Assembly (NCBI GenBank): GCA_026914245.1
Contig: CP110440.1
Location: 434,001-498,000, forward strand
Length of the DNA stretch: 64,000 nt
Reading direction: 5' to 3'
Source of the DNA: Puccinia triticina
Taxonomy: Eukaryota
Shown in pieces: positions 12,474 to 24,600 of the stretch (position 1 is the first letter of the stretch; each line of letters opens with the position of its first letter). The position numbers and the translations under genes are program-made. A model generated the notes under the pieces. That model was not told the origin of the DNA and ran no database searches. It saw only the letters and a program-made list of their open reading frames with translations.

Positions 12474-14827
12474 CAATTCAAATCCATACAACTCTTTCTG
12501 GACCAATCTGTGAGGGCAGTAACCCCAACACTTTTTCCCCTCCCAGCGCTGCCACCAGCCTAGCACCAAGCGGAGCTCCATAACACAAAAGCACCGCTTT
12601 TTGTAGAGAAGCTTAGCTCTTGCGGTGTTGCCAAGAGGAATCCACTCAGCAAGCTGGATGTGTCCAGCCAGCCAGCTCAATACATATGTATACATGTATC
12701 CAGCTCCGCAGGATGACTCTTTCCAGGGAGCTGGATGCATAAAGATGTATTTAGCTTGCAAAGACAAGGGACTGCCCCCAAAGGGCTCCTCTCAGACTAA
12801 CAGGCCAGCATGATGCCTCCTTCCAAGCTGAATGCATATGCATCCAGCTCACTGAGAGGCGTCATCCCGGCCAGCTGGGCAAATCCAGCTGGCTCACCCC
12901 AATAGACTGTGAATTGACTATTCAATAGCCTGCCAAGGGGCCCCCCGGGGGCTATCCAATAGCAGTTTGGCTCGTCTCACTTTTTGTCTCAGTCTTGCTT
13001 TTCAATTCCTGGTTTTACATACACATGCAAACCGCACTTGTAAATGTTTTTCAACACCCCTTACCTGAACCGCTCCATCAGCACCCAACCCGACCTGTCC
13101 AGCATCCCGTATCAAGCAACAACACCCCAATCTGCTGACACCTAGGCCCCCATCATTGGACTGTAGATGGTGTCCCAGGTCCCCGGCATCCACTCAATTC
13201 ACCAGGGGAGATTTTGACACACTCTCCAGAGAGTGCCATACTGTACCCTTTTTCCCTAACTGTGCTGGATGCCTTTGATGAAATTAGTGCAAGAATTAAT
13301 GAAAAATTCTGGAACTGATCCTGGATTCATGCATAAAACATTGAGAAGTCATGCAGAAGTCAACTGGAAAACAACTGAAATGGGTTTGAAAACACTATGA
13401 CATAATGGCCACAATAAAAGCATAGTTCAATTTGAAGTGTTTGGTAATTAAGATGAATTATTGGGTTTCAATTCATATTATTTATATGCGCATGAAGGTG
13501 GTAATTGTTTTCACTTTGCCAATGTAACTGTCATGTGTGCGTGTGCAAGTTTGTTACAAATTGCAGGTTGGGCCTCCTGCAGATCAACAACATGTACATC
13601 CCTGTTAGAATTATGTGAAAGGCCCATCTGAATTGGCATATTTCCCTAAAGAAGGCCAGTATCATCTAGAATTGAGCCAAAAAAAGGATAAAAGTAGGGT
13701 GAAAATATGAGTCAAGTCAAGCTTGGAGGTGTGTGGTCCCAGATTTCAGATAGACATCTTGGCTTCTTAACATATATAAGCTTGTGAGTTGTTTTTGTGT
13801 TTGTTTGTTTTCCAATGTCTCCATGTACATGCATGTGAGTTTTTTTTCACTTTGCCAATTATGGTGTTCAAAGTTGGTTTGCATAATTTTAGGGTCAGCC
13901 TAAATGCACTCCAAAAAAATTCCAAAAGCACTCCAAAAGTGAGTGTATGGAGTGTGCACTCCAATGATTGTTGGAGTACAGACTAGAGTACTCCAAGTCA
14001 ATTGGAGTGCAGAACCAGGGACTCAAGACTCTTTGGAGTGCACCACAAAGAACTCCAGTGGCCAGGAAATGTAATGAGTGCCCATGAGTCTCACTCCATC
14101 AGATTGGAGTGCATTCCCCCAGCACTCCATTCCTGATATTTCTCCTCCTCAAAAGGGGAGTGCAGTACTGTGCACTCCAGCCAGAGCTGGAGTGCCTACA
14201 ACTTCAACTGGGCTATGTACAAACACACCCCACTTGATCCTCCTGATATCCATGACCGGTACAGACCGGCATTGAGCGGATTAACATCTCCTCTCAATGA
14301 CCAGTCTGTACCGGACCGCCGGTCATTGAGGGAAATCACAGAAATCACACCTCTTGATGACCGGTCTGTGCCGGTCATCAAGGGGAGTAACATCTCCTCT
14401 CAATGACCGGTCTCTGCCGGTCACCGAGGGGACTCACACCTCTCGATTACCGGCGCGGACCGGTCACACCTCCCGATGACCGGCACAGACCGGTCATCAA
14501 GGGGACTCACACCTCGATAATCGGTCACACCGGTCATTGAGGCTAATAACACCTCCTCTTGATGACCGGTCATCACCGGTCATCGAGGTGAGTCACATCT
14601 CTCGATGACCGGTCAGACCGGTCATCGAGGGGAATAACACCTCCTCTGGATGACCGGTGTGTACCAGTCATCGAGGGGAGGTGCTACTCTCAATGACCGG
14701 TCGGTCTGACCAGTCATTGAGAGGAGGTGCTGCTCCCCTTGGTGACCGGCACAGACCGGTCATTGAAGGGACTCACACCTCTCGATGCTCCCGATGACCG
14801 GTCGGTCATCGAGAGGGCTCACACCGC

Positions 14828-16605
14828 TGTGGTGCGCCAAATGGTACAGGCGGTGATTCAGATCAAATCAGCAGTGTGCGGAGTGTATCCAGTCCTCAAG
14901 GTATTCAGCTTTCATCCTCCAGTCTCAAGAACTCAATTCTCAAGGCGTTTCAGGATCTCCTCCCCCCCTCTTTCCCTTCTTTTTGTCTGTTTTGTCTCTT
15001 CCTTCTCTTTCTTGGTTTGTTTTGTTTGTCTTTTCTTTTTTTTCTTATATGCTGGCTTTTGGATGGAGAGCTATGTGGTGGGTTGGTGTGTTGTTTTGTG
15101 TTTTCTTTGGTTGTGTTCTGTTCTCTTTTCCTTCTTGTTGTTGCGCGCGCAGAGGCGCGCAGGTGTGTGATGACCTGTCCACAACATTTCACAGCTCCCA
15201 GAGTCTGAGTTCAGTTTGAACTCAGATGATGGGGCGGCATGGACTTTGTCTGAACCCTTTTCTTTTGGCTTTTCACACTGCAAGAAAAACTCTAGAAACT
15301 GCTTGCAGTTGAGATGCAGCAAGCTTCAACCAAGCTCCAGCTCAAGCTGGAGTCAAGCACACAAATTCCGTGCTGGTGCACCTTGAGTGTGTACCTTGTT
15401 CAGCATCTCAATGTTGAACATGCTGTAGTGCTCATGCAGTAGGCTGAGGCAAATGAGCACCCCTGAGCACCCTTTTATTTAATTTTATTAAACAATCCAT
15501 GCACCATTGAATCCAGCCAGAATGACATAAACAGGGTATGTACACATGAAAGGGATATGTACAGATGAAAGAAATATGTACACATGAAAGGGGAATGTGA
15601 GGAGGTGTATTAAAACATAAAAGGGATATGTACACATGATGAAAGGGGTATGTATGCATGAAAGGGGTATTTATGCATGAAAGGGGTATGTGCAGTAAGG
15701 GGTATTTGCACACATGAAAGGGGTATGTACAACTGAATGATAAAAGGGAATTGAAAGGGATCTAAAAAACTCAAAGGGGACATGTAAACATGAAAGGGTC
15801 ATGAACACATGATGAAAGGGGTATGTACACATTTTGAAAGGGATACATGCACAACAAAGGGATATACACACATGAAAGGGGTATGTGTACATAAAGGGCC
15901 ATGTACACATTATGAAAGGGGTGAATGTATACAAAAGGGATATATGCACATGAAAGGGGTATGTGCACATGAAAGGGGTATGTGCACATGAAAGGGGTAT
16001 GTGCACATGAAAGGGGTATGTGCACATGAAAGGGGTATGTGCACATGAAAGGGGTATGTGCACATGAAAGGGGAATTTGAACTTGAAAGGGGGATTTGCA
16101 CAGGTATCAACTCCTGTACTTAGTTTTTTGTACCTTAGACTCACTCTTGCATAAATTAGACAATGTGCATGGAATCAACCAGTGCTTGATTCTTGCATGA
16201 GGCACAGCTTGCCTTGAGATCTTGCGTCTCAACTGCAAGCAGTTTCTAGAGTTTTTCTTGCAGTGTCAGATCATCCATCCAGAATCTTAATCTTATTGAT
16301 CCCTCTCTGAGTCCGTGTGTCTTCTGAGTTCAAACTCTCAGCACCTTGAGTCACATTTCCCCGAATCCCTTCTTTAGATCACATCCTCCGGCCCTCTTCG
16401 CCGGACTCCTTTCCTCTTCAGATCCTCAACAACAAACTACCGCCGACGGGAATCTACACCTTGTCGTCTCTCAACAAATCCCCCTCCAACTTCCGCTATC
16501 CTCAATTCCTCATCTCTTTTCCGGACCACCGCGAAGGCAGCGCACAGCGCAACTCTCCCTTCCAGTAACTGCCGACGGCCCAGAACCGGTCGGAGTTCCA
16601 CACCA
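14828..16605 (-). mobile_element. Family-B element, interrupted by a CACTG element
   Basis: Termini tgtggtgcgcc...ggagttccacacca, with the same internal motifs as the other B copies. Flanks ctcacaccgc / ctcacaccac. Confidence 0.75.
15276..16265. mobile_element. Non-autonomous CACTA/EnSpm-like (CACTG) element with an internal 19-bp minisatellite
   Basis: ~43-bp TIR cactgcaagaaaaactctagaaactgcttgcagttgagatgca. 3-bp TSD tca/tca. Tandem atgtgcacatgaaaggggt, perfect at about 15945-16072. Confidence 0.92.
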
Positions 16606-18248
16606 CTCACACCACTCGATGACCGGTCAGACCGGTCATCAAGGGTAATAACACTCGATGACCGGTGATGACCGGTCATCAAGGTGAGTCACATCTCTCG
16701 ATGACCGGTCTGTGCTGGTCATTGAGGGGAGTAACATCTCCTCTCGATGACCGGTCAGACCAACCGGTCATCGAGAGTAGCACCTCCCCTCGATGACTGG
16801 TACACACCGGTCATCGAGAGGTGTTATTACCCTGGATGACCGGTCTGACCGGTCATCGAGAAATGTGACTCACCTCGATGACCGGTCAGACCGATCATCG
16901 AGAGGTGTGAGTCCTCTCGATGACCGGTCAGACCAATCATCGAGAGGTGTGAGTCCTCTCGATGACCGGTCTGTGCTGGTCATTGGGAGGTGTGACTGAT
17001 GACCGGTCCGCGCCGGTCATCGAGAGGTGGAAGTCCCCTCGATGACCGGTAAAGACCGGTCATCGAGAGTAGCACCTCCCCTCGTTGACCGGTACACACC
17101 GGTCATCGAGAGGTGTGACTGATGACCGGTCCGCGCCGGTCATCGAGAGGTATGAGTCCTCTGGATGACCGGTCGTGTGAGTCCCCTCAATGCATCGAGA
17201 GGTGTGATTGCTGTGGGCACTCCAAAAAAAAGGAGACTTGGAGTGCACCCCAATGCACTCCATTTGGCATTTGCTAGCTGGAGTGCAAAGCCAAAATCCT
17301 TCACTGAAAAGGTGGAGTGCTTGGGCTTGCACTCCATTTTTTTTGGAGTGCATCTAGCCGCACTGCCCTATTTTGGTCAATTTTGGAGTACCCAGTTGTG
17401 TACTCCAAGAAACATGGAGTGCCCATCTGGGGACTCCATGTTTTGGGAGTACAAAATCAAGGTACTCCAACTTTTTTGGAGTGCTGGCCCCCCAAAGCCA
17501 AAAATGTGGAGTGCATGAAGTAAAAGTTTGGAGTGCATTTAGGCTGACCCTAAAATTATGCAATCCAACTTTGAACACCATAAATATCACCTTTGTGTAC
17601 GCGCGTAAATTAGGGTGACAGATCACTGAAGGCGCCTTTCACAGCTCCATTACAAGTAAAAACTGGTCAGAAAGCCATGAAAGCCCCCGCAGGTCACATT
17701 TACATTGTTTGGAACCCCTTTGACATAGAGAAATTGATCAACAGAAATTCGCCATAAATGAGTAATAGTTGGGCATTGATTAACTATGGTTTCATGACAG
17801 ATTGTAATTAAGTTATACATAGAAAATTAAATGGTTCTCTACAACATTGCACAAGGTCCTGTGATAATTCTGCATCACTTCTGACACACTTCCCATTGAC
17901 TTCTGAAGAATTTATCAATGATTTCCTAATCCACATCTGACTCACATCAGACCCAGAACAACATAAAATTAGACTCTGGCACTCTCTGGAGAGTGCGTAA
18001 TGTTGAAGTTTCACTTGAGGACTGAGGGATTGAGAGGCGAGGAGGAGGGGTTGAAAGAGGAGCTTTGCTGAAGGTTGGTGGCTCAGGTGGGGCTAGAGTT
18101 GTTTTGGCTCAGACTCAATGCTGTTATTTCATACTCGAGGAGCGGACACGTATACACAACTAGAGAGCCCCCTGCACAAGATCCAGAGGGGGCCTAACAG
18201 CATGTAACATACAAGACAAACTAAACTAACATCTGTAAGAAGTCAGTG

Positions 18249-18413
18249 ACAGGGACAGAACAGGAACTGGGACAGAGGACAGGAACAGGAACAGGGAACG
18301 GGTACTGGGACTGGGACAGGAACAGGGAACGGGTACTGGGACTGAGACAGGAACAGGGAACTGGAACAGGTACTGGAACAGGAACAGGAACAGGAACAGG
18401 AGCAGGAACAGGG
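18249..18413. repeat. (ACAGGA/ACTGGG)n hexamer microsatellite
   Basis: Directly visible. It produces the spurious TG and PV repeat ORFs. Confidence 0.9.
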
Positions 18414-18499
18414 AAGATAGAAAGTGAGCGGACTGAAGAGCTCAGATTCTGACACGTAAAAGTCTCCCCTGGTGATTCCAACCCGCACCTGTGCTTGCG

Positions 18500-20860
18500 G
18501 CGTCCACTTGATTCTGACCTGCAGCAACCCCGCCCAAGGCGACACCGCCGGACAAACACTCTCCACCGGACCTTGAACACTGGGACCTCTTGGTGCAGCC
18601 GGACCGTAAGGCACAACTCATACCAGGGTGATGTTGAGCGCCGTCATTATGCTCAATCAGTACAGCTGGCAGGAAGAATTCACCATCCTGTTGCAGGCTG
18701 AGGACCGTGGTCAACAACTCACCAAAGGAGACAAGAAGAATCACCGCCAAGGGTGGAACCCTTGTTAGGAAGCTTCCCTGATTACAGCCATGGAGACCAC
18801 AATCACAATGGTGATAACCCAATTGCTGCTCATGCAGAATATTTCTGCCTTCGCCGCTACGCCAAAAGAAAAGAGCGCATAATTCATCAATGGGGTCTGA
18901 TTGATACCCAAGCTCTGGCCACCTACCTCCTCTGCCAGAAAACCACGCTCAACTGGATGCGCCCCACCATTGACTTTGAAGCACCCCTGCCATCATGCAC
19001 ATGTGAACCGGATCAGATTCACACACACAGAGTTGACTTTGTGGATCTCCTTGGTAAACATTGTCTTATTTTCCATACCATCTGAAGGATCATATTGCTA
19101 ATTCTCAATTGATACCTCAGCCCTCTATCCAATACAGCTCATCTTGTTCTGCAAATGTACACCATCTAGACCCTATCCAATTGATCCATCACGGCTACTT
19201 TGCTTGCTCAGCTGAAATGCCTCAAACAGCCTTTTAAATTTGGCTTGTCCAATAACACCATCTCCTATGGCAAGCCTTGGCAGTATCTGGTTCCGCGTTC
19301 ATACAATCACTCTCAGCTTTTCTAGATACTCGCTGTGACAGCCTGTTATTCAACCGTGGATCAAATCACAAGCGGAGAGAACTAGTCCCCTTTACTCACT
19401 GCATTGATCTGTATCATCGCATCCTGGACGGGCAAAGACAACTTTTTGAAGATGGCCTGCAACTAAAAATTGACAAATGGGAAAGCAAGTGCCCTTGTTA
19501 CTTTGGGCCAAGCAAAGACGAAACCAAAGAACATGCAGCAGAACCTGATGTGATGATTGCAAATTGCAATGGGCCACTGCACTACACTAACGTTATTGGA
19601 AAATAACTGTTAGTGTAGCCATTTTATTGACTCCCAAATTCATGTCATTTGTTATCTCAGATACAAGTATCCATACTAACAATAACAGGAAATAACAGCA
19701 ATAACAACAATAATAGGCATTTTATTGCTACTAACAGGATACAATAACAGTTATTGCTGTTATCCATCACTATTTCCTGGGCAAGTTCCTGTATTGTTAG
19801 CAACACAAAAAACGAGATAACAGAAAATGTTGTTATTGTTAGCTGGTTTTGGCTAGAATACACTACACTAACAAATAATGTTAGTGTATTGGCCCACCGT
19901 TGTTGCAATGGATGGTAACTTCCAGCAGTGTCATTACGCATATGCCAGCAAAGATGAGCCTTGCAAAGACCAGTACCCCCATAGTTTTGTTCCACCCTCA
20001 AAGATACTTTTGGATATTGTAGCGCTTGAAAAGACTGAACAGTCTGCTTTAGGAATCAATGTGAGAGATTATTGTCTCTTTTTCTTGACAGACAGATTTA
20101 TACACCACCTGATATGGCACATCCTTTATTTCAACTATTAGCCACCATGCTCTGATCAGCACAAAGCAGCGGATGATAATTGCAACAATTTGACCTGGGA
20201 TAAGTGTGATGACTACGGACTCTTTGCAAGTACCTGTTGACACAATGTCCCACTGATGAATCTTAACATCCATAAGACTGGTGAGAATTTATACTATCCA
20301 ATCTCTCTCCTATGGAACATTTTGCTCAACTTTCCAAATCATAAGTTTGGTATCCTGGACGACATCGGATGCCACCTTGAAACTCACATCCAAAAGGTTT
20401 GCACCAAATCCAATCTGCTCTGAATCCAAATGCAAGCGGCTTAATCATCCTGATCTGATATTCCCTTTGTCAGCAAGGGCTCTTGAGTAACCAAATCACC
20501 AATCTCCGCTTTGGGACCTCAGTGTTTCATGCTTATGTGCATGAATAGTTGTGCCAGGTGAAATATAACCATTGGGTCAACAATTGATGGGGTTTAACTG
20601 ATGGTGAGGGTCTTGGGAGATACTGGTCCTTCCCGTCACCTCTGATATCAACCCTTTGAGTATCAACCCGGTTATATTGATTTACTTCACTTCAATTTCA
20701 TTCTGACTACTTTGCTGAAGGATTGCTTGAATCATCAGCAGATTGGCTCCTCAAAAAGCTAGAAAATGCTGAAGAAACTATTCAGCAAGATGATGAAGAC
20801 CTTTGACAAATCCACGCTTGTCCCAATCCATACTTGCCCGGTACCTGCTACACCAATTCT
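18500..20860 (+). pseudogene. KDZ (Kyakuja-Dileera-Zisupton) transposase relic with a CxC1-like cysteine cluster
   Basis: Manual translation gives LPSCTC...RVDFVDL, KCPCYFGP, PDVMIA-MDGNFQQ, GILDDIGCHL and FGTSVFHAYVHE*LCQVKYN...WGLTDGEGLGRYWS. Stops and frameshifts are present. Confidence 0.85.
19572..19902. mobile_element. MITE (hAT-like, 8-bp TSD) inserted at the KDZ DGNF motif
   Basis: ttgcaatg lies on both sides (19564-19571, 19903-19910). Inverted ends ggcca..tacactaacgttatt / aataatgttagtgtattggcc. The left terminus looks eroded. Confidence 0.65.
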
Positions 20861-20899
20861 TTCTTTGAGGCTCCATGGTCACTTGAACAGAAATACAAT

Positions 20900-21267
20900 T
20901 AAGGTGTTCAAAGTTGACTTGCATAAAATCATGAAATTCTGAGGTGAAAAAAATATGTACACCCAAACACTCAAATTAGAGCAACATTTCTAAAATGGTG
21001 CATATAAAATCATCATTTGAAAGTTTTATGATTTTATGATTTTATGCAATGAAAATTTTATGATTTCAACTTTTATGGTGTTCAAAGTTGGTTTGCATAA
21101 TTTTATGCATGCATAAATCATAAAATCATAAAATCATTTTTGCAGGCAATATGACTGTCTGATTATGTAATACAAAATTTCCTCACCAAAACATTTTTAT
21201 GATTTTATGATTTATGCATGCATAAAATTATGCAAACCAACTTTGAACACCATATTTGAACACCTTA
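20900..21267. mobile_element. TAWGGT-family MITE (TSD aat) with a second family member (21074-21254, TSD ttt) inserted in its right TIR
   Basis: aat|taaggtgttcaaagttg...caac-ttt|tatggtgttc...gaacaccata|ttt-gaacacctta|aat. Confidence 0.9.
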
Positions 21268-21667
21268 AATACAAGCTCTCGTTATGTATGCACGTATATA
21301 TTTAGATCTAAAATTGATAATCTCCAGACCAAGCCAAACCAAACCAAATAAAAACAACAAAAAAGATGATAGGAGATGGTGATCATGAGGAGTAGAGAGA
21401 GCAATAAGGACACAATGAAGTAAGAAAAGGAAATGTTTTGGTTGAAGAATTGAGAGGGACAGCACTAAACAAAGGAAAAAAGAAAACAAAACAAAACTGC
21501 GTTCTGTTAGTTGAAGGCAAGAGGAATGAGTATACGAGTATTTAACAATGCAATTCTTGGTAGATTACGTGATAAAACCAGAAGAAAAGAAAATCATCAT
21601 CTTTTGTTTTTGATCATTTTACTCTAAGAGGGTTCGGATCTCCAACAGCAAAAAACAGATTGGAGAA

Positions 21668-24600
21668 TCAAACCCTAGATCTTAACCCAGCGGCCTTCTT
21701 ACCGACCTGGGTGACGCCAGAGACCTTACAAACCGAGCCGGCAAACTTGGGCTTATATCTAGCCCCGGTGAACGGGTCCTCGACGAAGCCAGCTCCGCCA
21801 GTGCTTCCTTCCTGTTGTCGATAGATCGGCGTAAGCGATCCAGCACAGATATCGAACGACGAGAATTGGTCGTAATCAATCTCGATCGCATCCCTGGGCG
21901 TACGATCTCCTGCCGAAAGTACTTGCTTGGCCTGAAGGGTGTTATTATTCGATCAAGTCAGTAGTCAGTTAATTAGAAAGAAGCCACTGCACCCGGACAA
22001 AACATTGAAAGAATCTCTCTCGGACTCACCTGAGTAGCAACATTAGCAGCTGGGTTTAATTCTAACAACCGTTTAGCAAACGTGGCCGCAGTGACGAAGT
22101 TTTTAGATTTCGAGAAGGTGGTCATAGCCAATCTGAGAGCAAGAACTAAATGAACTGATTGCAATTTGCAATGCGTAAAGTAGGCGGCCAATTCGAGCTG
22201 TCGTTTAAGATTTTCAGGCTCGGAACTGGCCACTCGTCGACGCTCAATCTCGAGTGAGAGTCCAATCAGATATTCTCGACAGGTGATTATCAGTTCCGAT
22301 AACTATCACGATGCAAGAAGATTGTCAGCTAAGGATTTTCAAAACAATTGCCAACCCAATGAATTGGTAAGTGATCTCCATACCTCGTTTTGCTCAGCTT
22401 CATCTTTCGTAACGACCAGCAAGAGAGATTGCAAGATTGATCTGAATTTGGCCGAAGCCTCGTTAAATTCAGCTTTTCGGAAATGGGCGTAGGCAGCTTT
22501 GAGCTCGGTCTGAGTGATAGATTGCAAACTGCGTGCAATGGCCGGAAGAACGTTTCGTGGGTTGACATCTTCGGGATCTCGACGCAAGTATACTTCCAAT
22601 GGTGGCAGACATGCACTTGCTGGGAGGTAAGCTCTCGAAGCTTGGTAGGTCGACAGAAACAATGGTTTAAGAGGTGCAAACTCAATTGCTCCCACTTGTC
22701 GATTGAGTAGCTAAATAGGGCGAAGAGTATTTTAGGTTAAGCTTGAGAGGTTCGTATTGGTCAGTTAATTGAGGTAAGTCTGGAAACAGGCTTACCTGCA
22801 TAGCAGTTTCAAACGATCCAGCGGCCACATGATCTGCGGCCAGCGGTGAATTCTTGACCCACAGCTCACTTTCCTGGACACCTTCCTTAACTTCTCCATC
22901 AGCCCCATCTTCTTCGACACCCATGGTTTCCGATTCTCCCGCTTCAGCATCAAGCGCTCCCCCAGGGATTTCAGAACCGCCAATGTCCCAAGCTTCTTCC
23001 GCCTCCTCGCCTGCATCTCCTTCGACATCCATCCCATCCCCGTCATCAGCTGCCCATTCATCCAATGGATCGCCACGACCGGCACCTCCAAGCGAATCGA
23101 TCGGGTTGGCGTTGGCATCCATTCCGGAAGCTTGAGTAAGAGCACGGTCAAAGAAGCTTTCACTAGTGCCCACGCATGGCCAGTTGAAATCATGGCTCGC
23201 CGTCACGATTCCAGGTGGTGTGAGACGGCTGCTCTTGAGCGGTGGCAATGGGGGAAGCTCCTCTTCAGTCAATCCAGCCACTTCCAAGACTTCGTTAGCT
23301 TCATCGTCCAATCCGTTTGATTTGGCAGTCAAGTACGCCAAGGGATCTACCCGAATTATGAAATCATGAATTTTGAGTTAAACTCTTCTTTTTTTGTAAA
23401 AAGAAACAAGAGTGAGTAGTCGTCAAATTGGTCACTTACACAGACCAACATCCTTTAGCACTGAGATTCGTGTCTTGACGTTTCCAAGGTACAAAGCGTT
23501 GTGAAACCTTGACATATGATCGGCTCTCATTTCGGCAATCTTGGCCATTTTATTCAATTTTTCGGTATTCCCCGTCAAGAGGTAAAGAAACGAGAGGCGG
23601 TCGAAATTTTTGGTTCGTTGATAACAGGTTTCAACGATCTGGAGGATGAGTTTTAGGACATTAGGTGAATACGAGTGGCGATTGGTCATCTTGGGGACTC
23701 AGATGTTTAGGCTTACTTTTTGGTTGCCTTGCTTTAAGGCTTGTTGGCCCAATCGATTCCAAGAAGCGGGTCGGTCGATGGCTTTGGCGGTTTCCAACGC
23801 GACTTCGAGATTTCCACATTCGATAGCCAAATCGAATCTAGTGGTTTTGTCTTGAACAAAGTGGAGAGCAATCTAAGATGAAAGAGATGTCAGGAAATTT
23901 AATAAAGAAACAGGTGAGAGCAGTATGAACATACTTCCGGGAATCCTTTCTTTTGCAAGTAAGCGATTATACTTTGCCCGACCAAGTTTGATGTTCGGAT
24001 GATGTGCAAGACCTCATCATAGTTGTTACGTGTCAAGGCTAGCTTGAATCTATACTCAGTGGGATCGATTGGAATCCCTTTGGGTTTAGCGTTTCGGTCC
24101 AAGCAATGTACCATCTTCCCCTTAACTCGTGTCAAATAAACCGGTTGATCGAGCGTCTTAATGATACCGTTGTCCCTGGATAAGAGTGGGCCAATCCTCG
24201 TCAGTCCATGTTGACTTAAACAAAAAGAAGTGATTAAAAAAAGGAAGGGAAACGTACCCCTGAGGTAGCGCGTATTTGATATGGTTCAGTGTGGAATATA
24301 CCAAAATCCCGCAGTCGTCCCAGGCACCAGACTTGATTCGGATGGTTTCGTGAATCAAGCTGTGTTGTCCCAAGGCCTTATTGGCGATGATGATAGCTAT
24401 ATTTTGCATCAGAATTAGCGACTGGATGAGGAAGGTACGAGGAGAAAAAACAGCTCACTATGTTTACTCAGCAAAGCGACCATGGAACCGTCATTGCTCC
24501 ATACAACATATTTAACCGGTGGTGTGGTGATTTCTGAGACGACTTTCTGCTGTTGGATGTCGAAGAGTATGACGGAAGTATTGGTGCTGAGGAGGAGACT

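Larger units (their letters stand above)
2238..12585 (-). mobile_element. Family-B TG...CA (solo-LTR-like) element interrupted by the chromovirus; segments 2238-3059 and 12474-12585
   Basis: The joined flanks of the chromovirus are the reverse complement of the copy at 5211-6004 (tatggagctcc...gcagcgctgggaggggaaaaagtg...gtggaagtggttttga...ccacca). Both share the gcgcgc-N-gcgcg motif and the T/C-rich tract. Confidence 0.75.
13860..17582. mobile_element. Non-autonomous TIR element (TAWGGT family) with palindromic subterminal and internal arrays; carries nested insertions
   Basis: ~55-bp TIR tatggtgttcaaagttggtttgcataattttagggtcagcctaaatgcactccaaa. TSD aat/aat. ggagtgc/gcactcc subterminal repeats. 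accggtcatcgagagg arrays at 14230-14820 and 16610-17200. Confidence 0.9.

Noticed and set aside
15671..16144. His/Cys-rich repetitive ORFs (also 49753-50288 and 18221-18616)
   Set aside because: These are translations of mini- and microsatellites, open in several frames.
14230..17200. CRISPR-like palindromic repeat arrays (also the 19-bp array and 47955-48640)
   Set aside because: Eukaryotic context, no unique ~30-bp spacers and no cas genes. The arrays lie inside TIR elements.
17590..18500. Possible TET/JBP gene beside the KDZ relic
   Set aside because: No HxD...H dioxygenase motifs were recognised in the frames read by eye.
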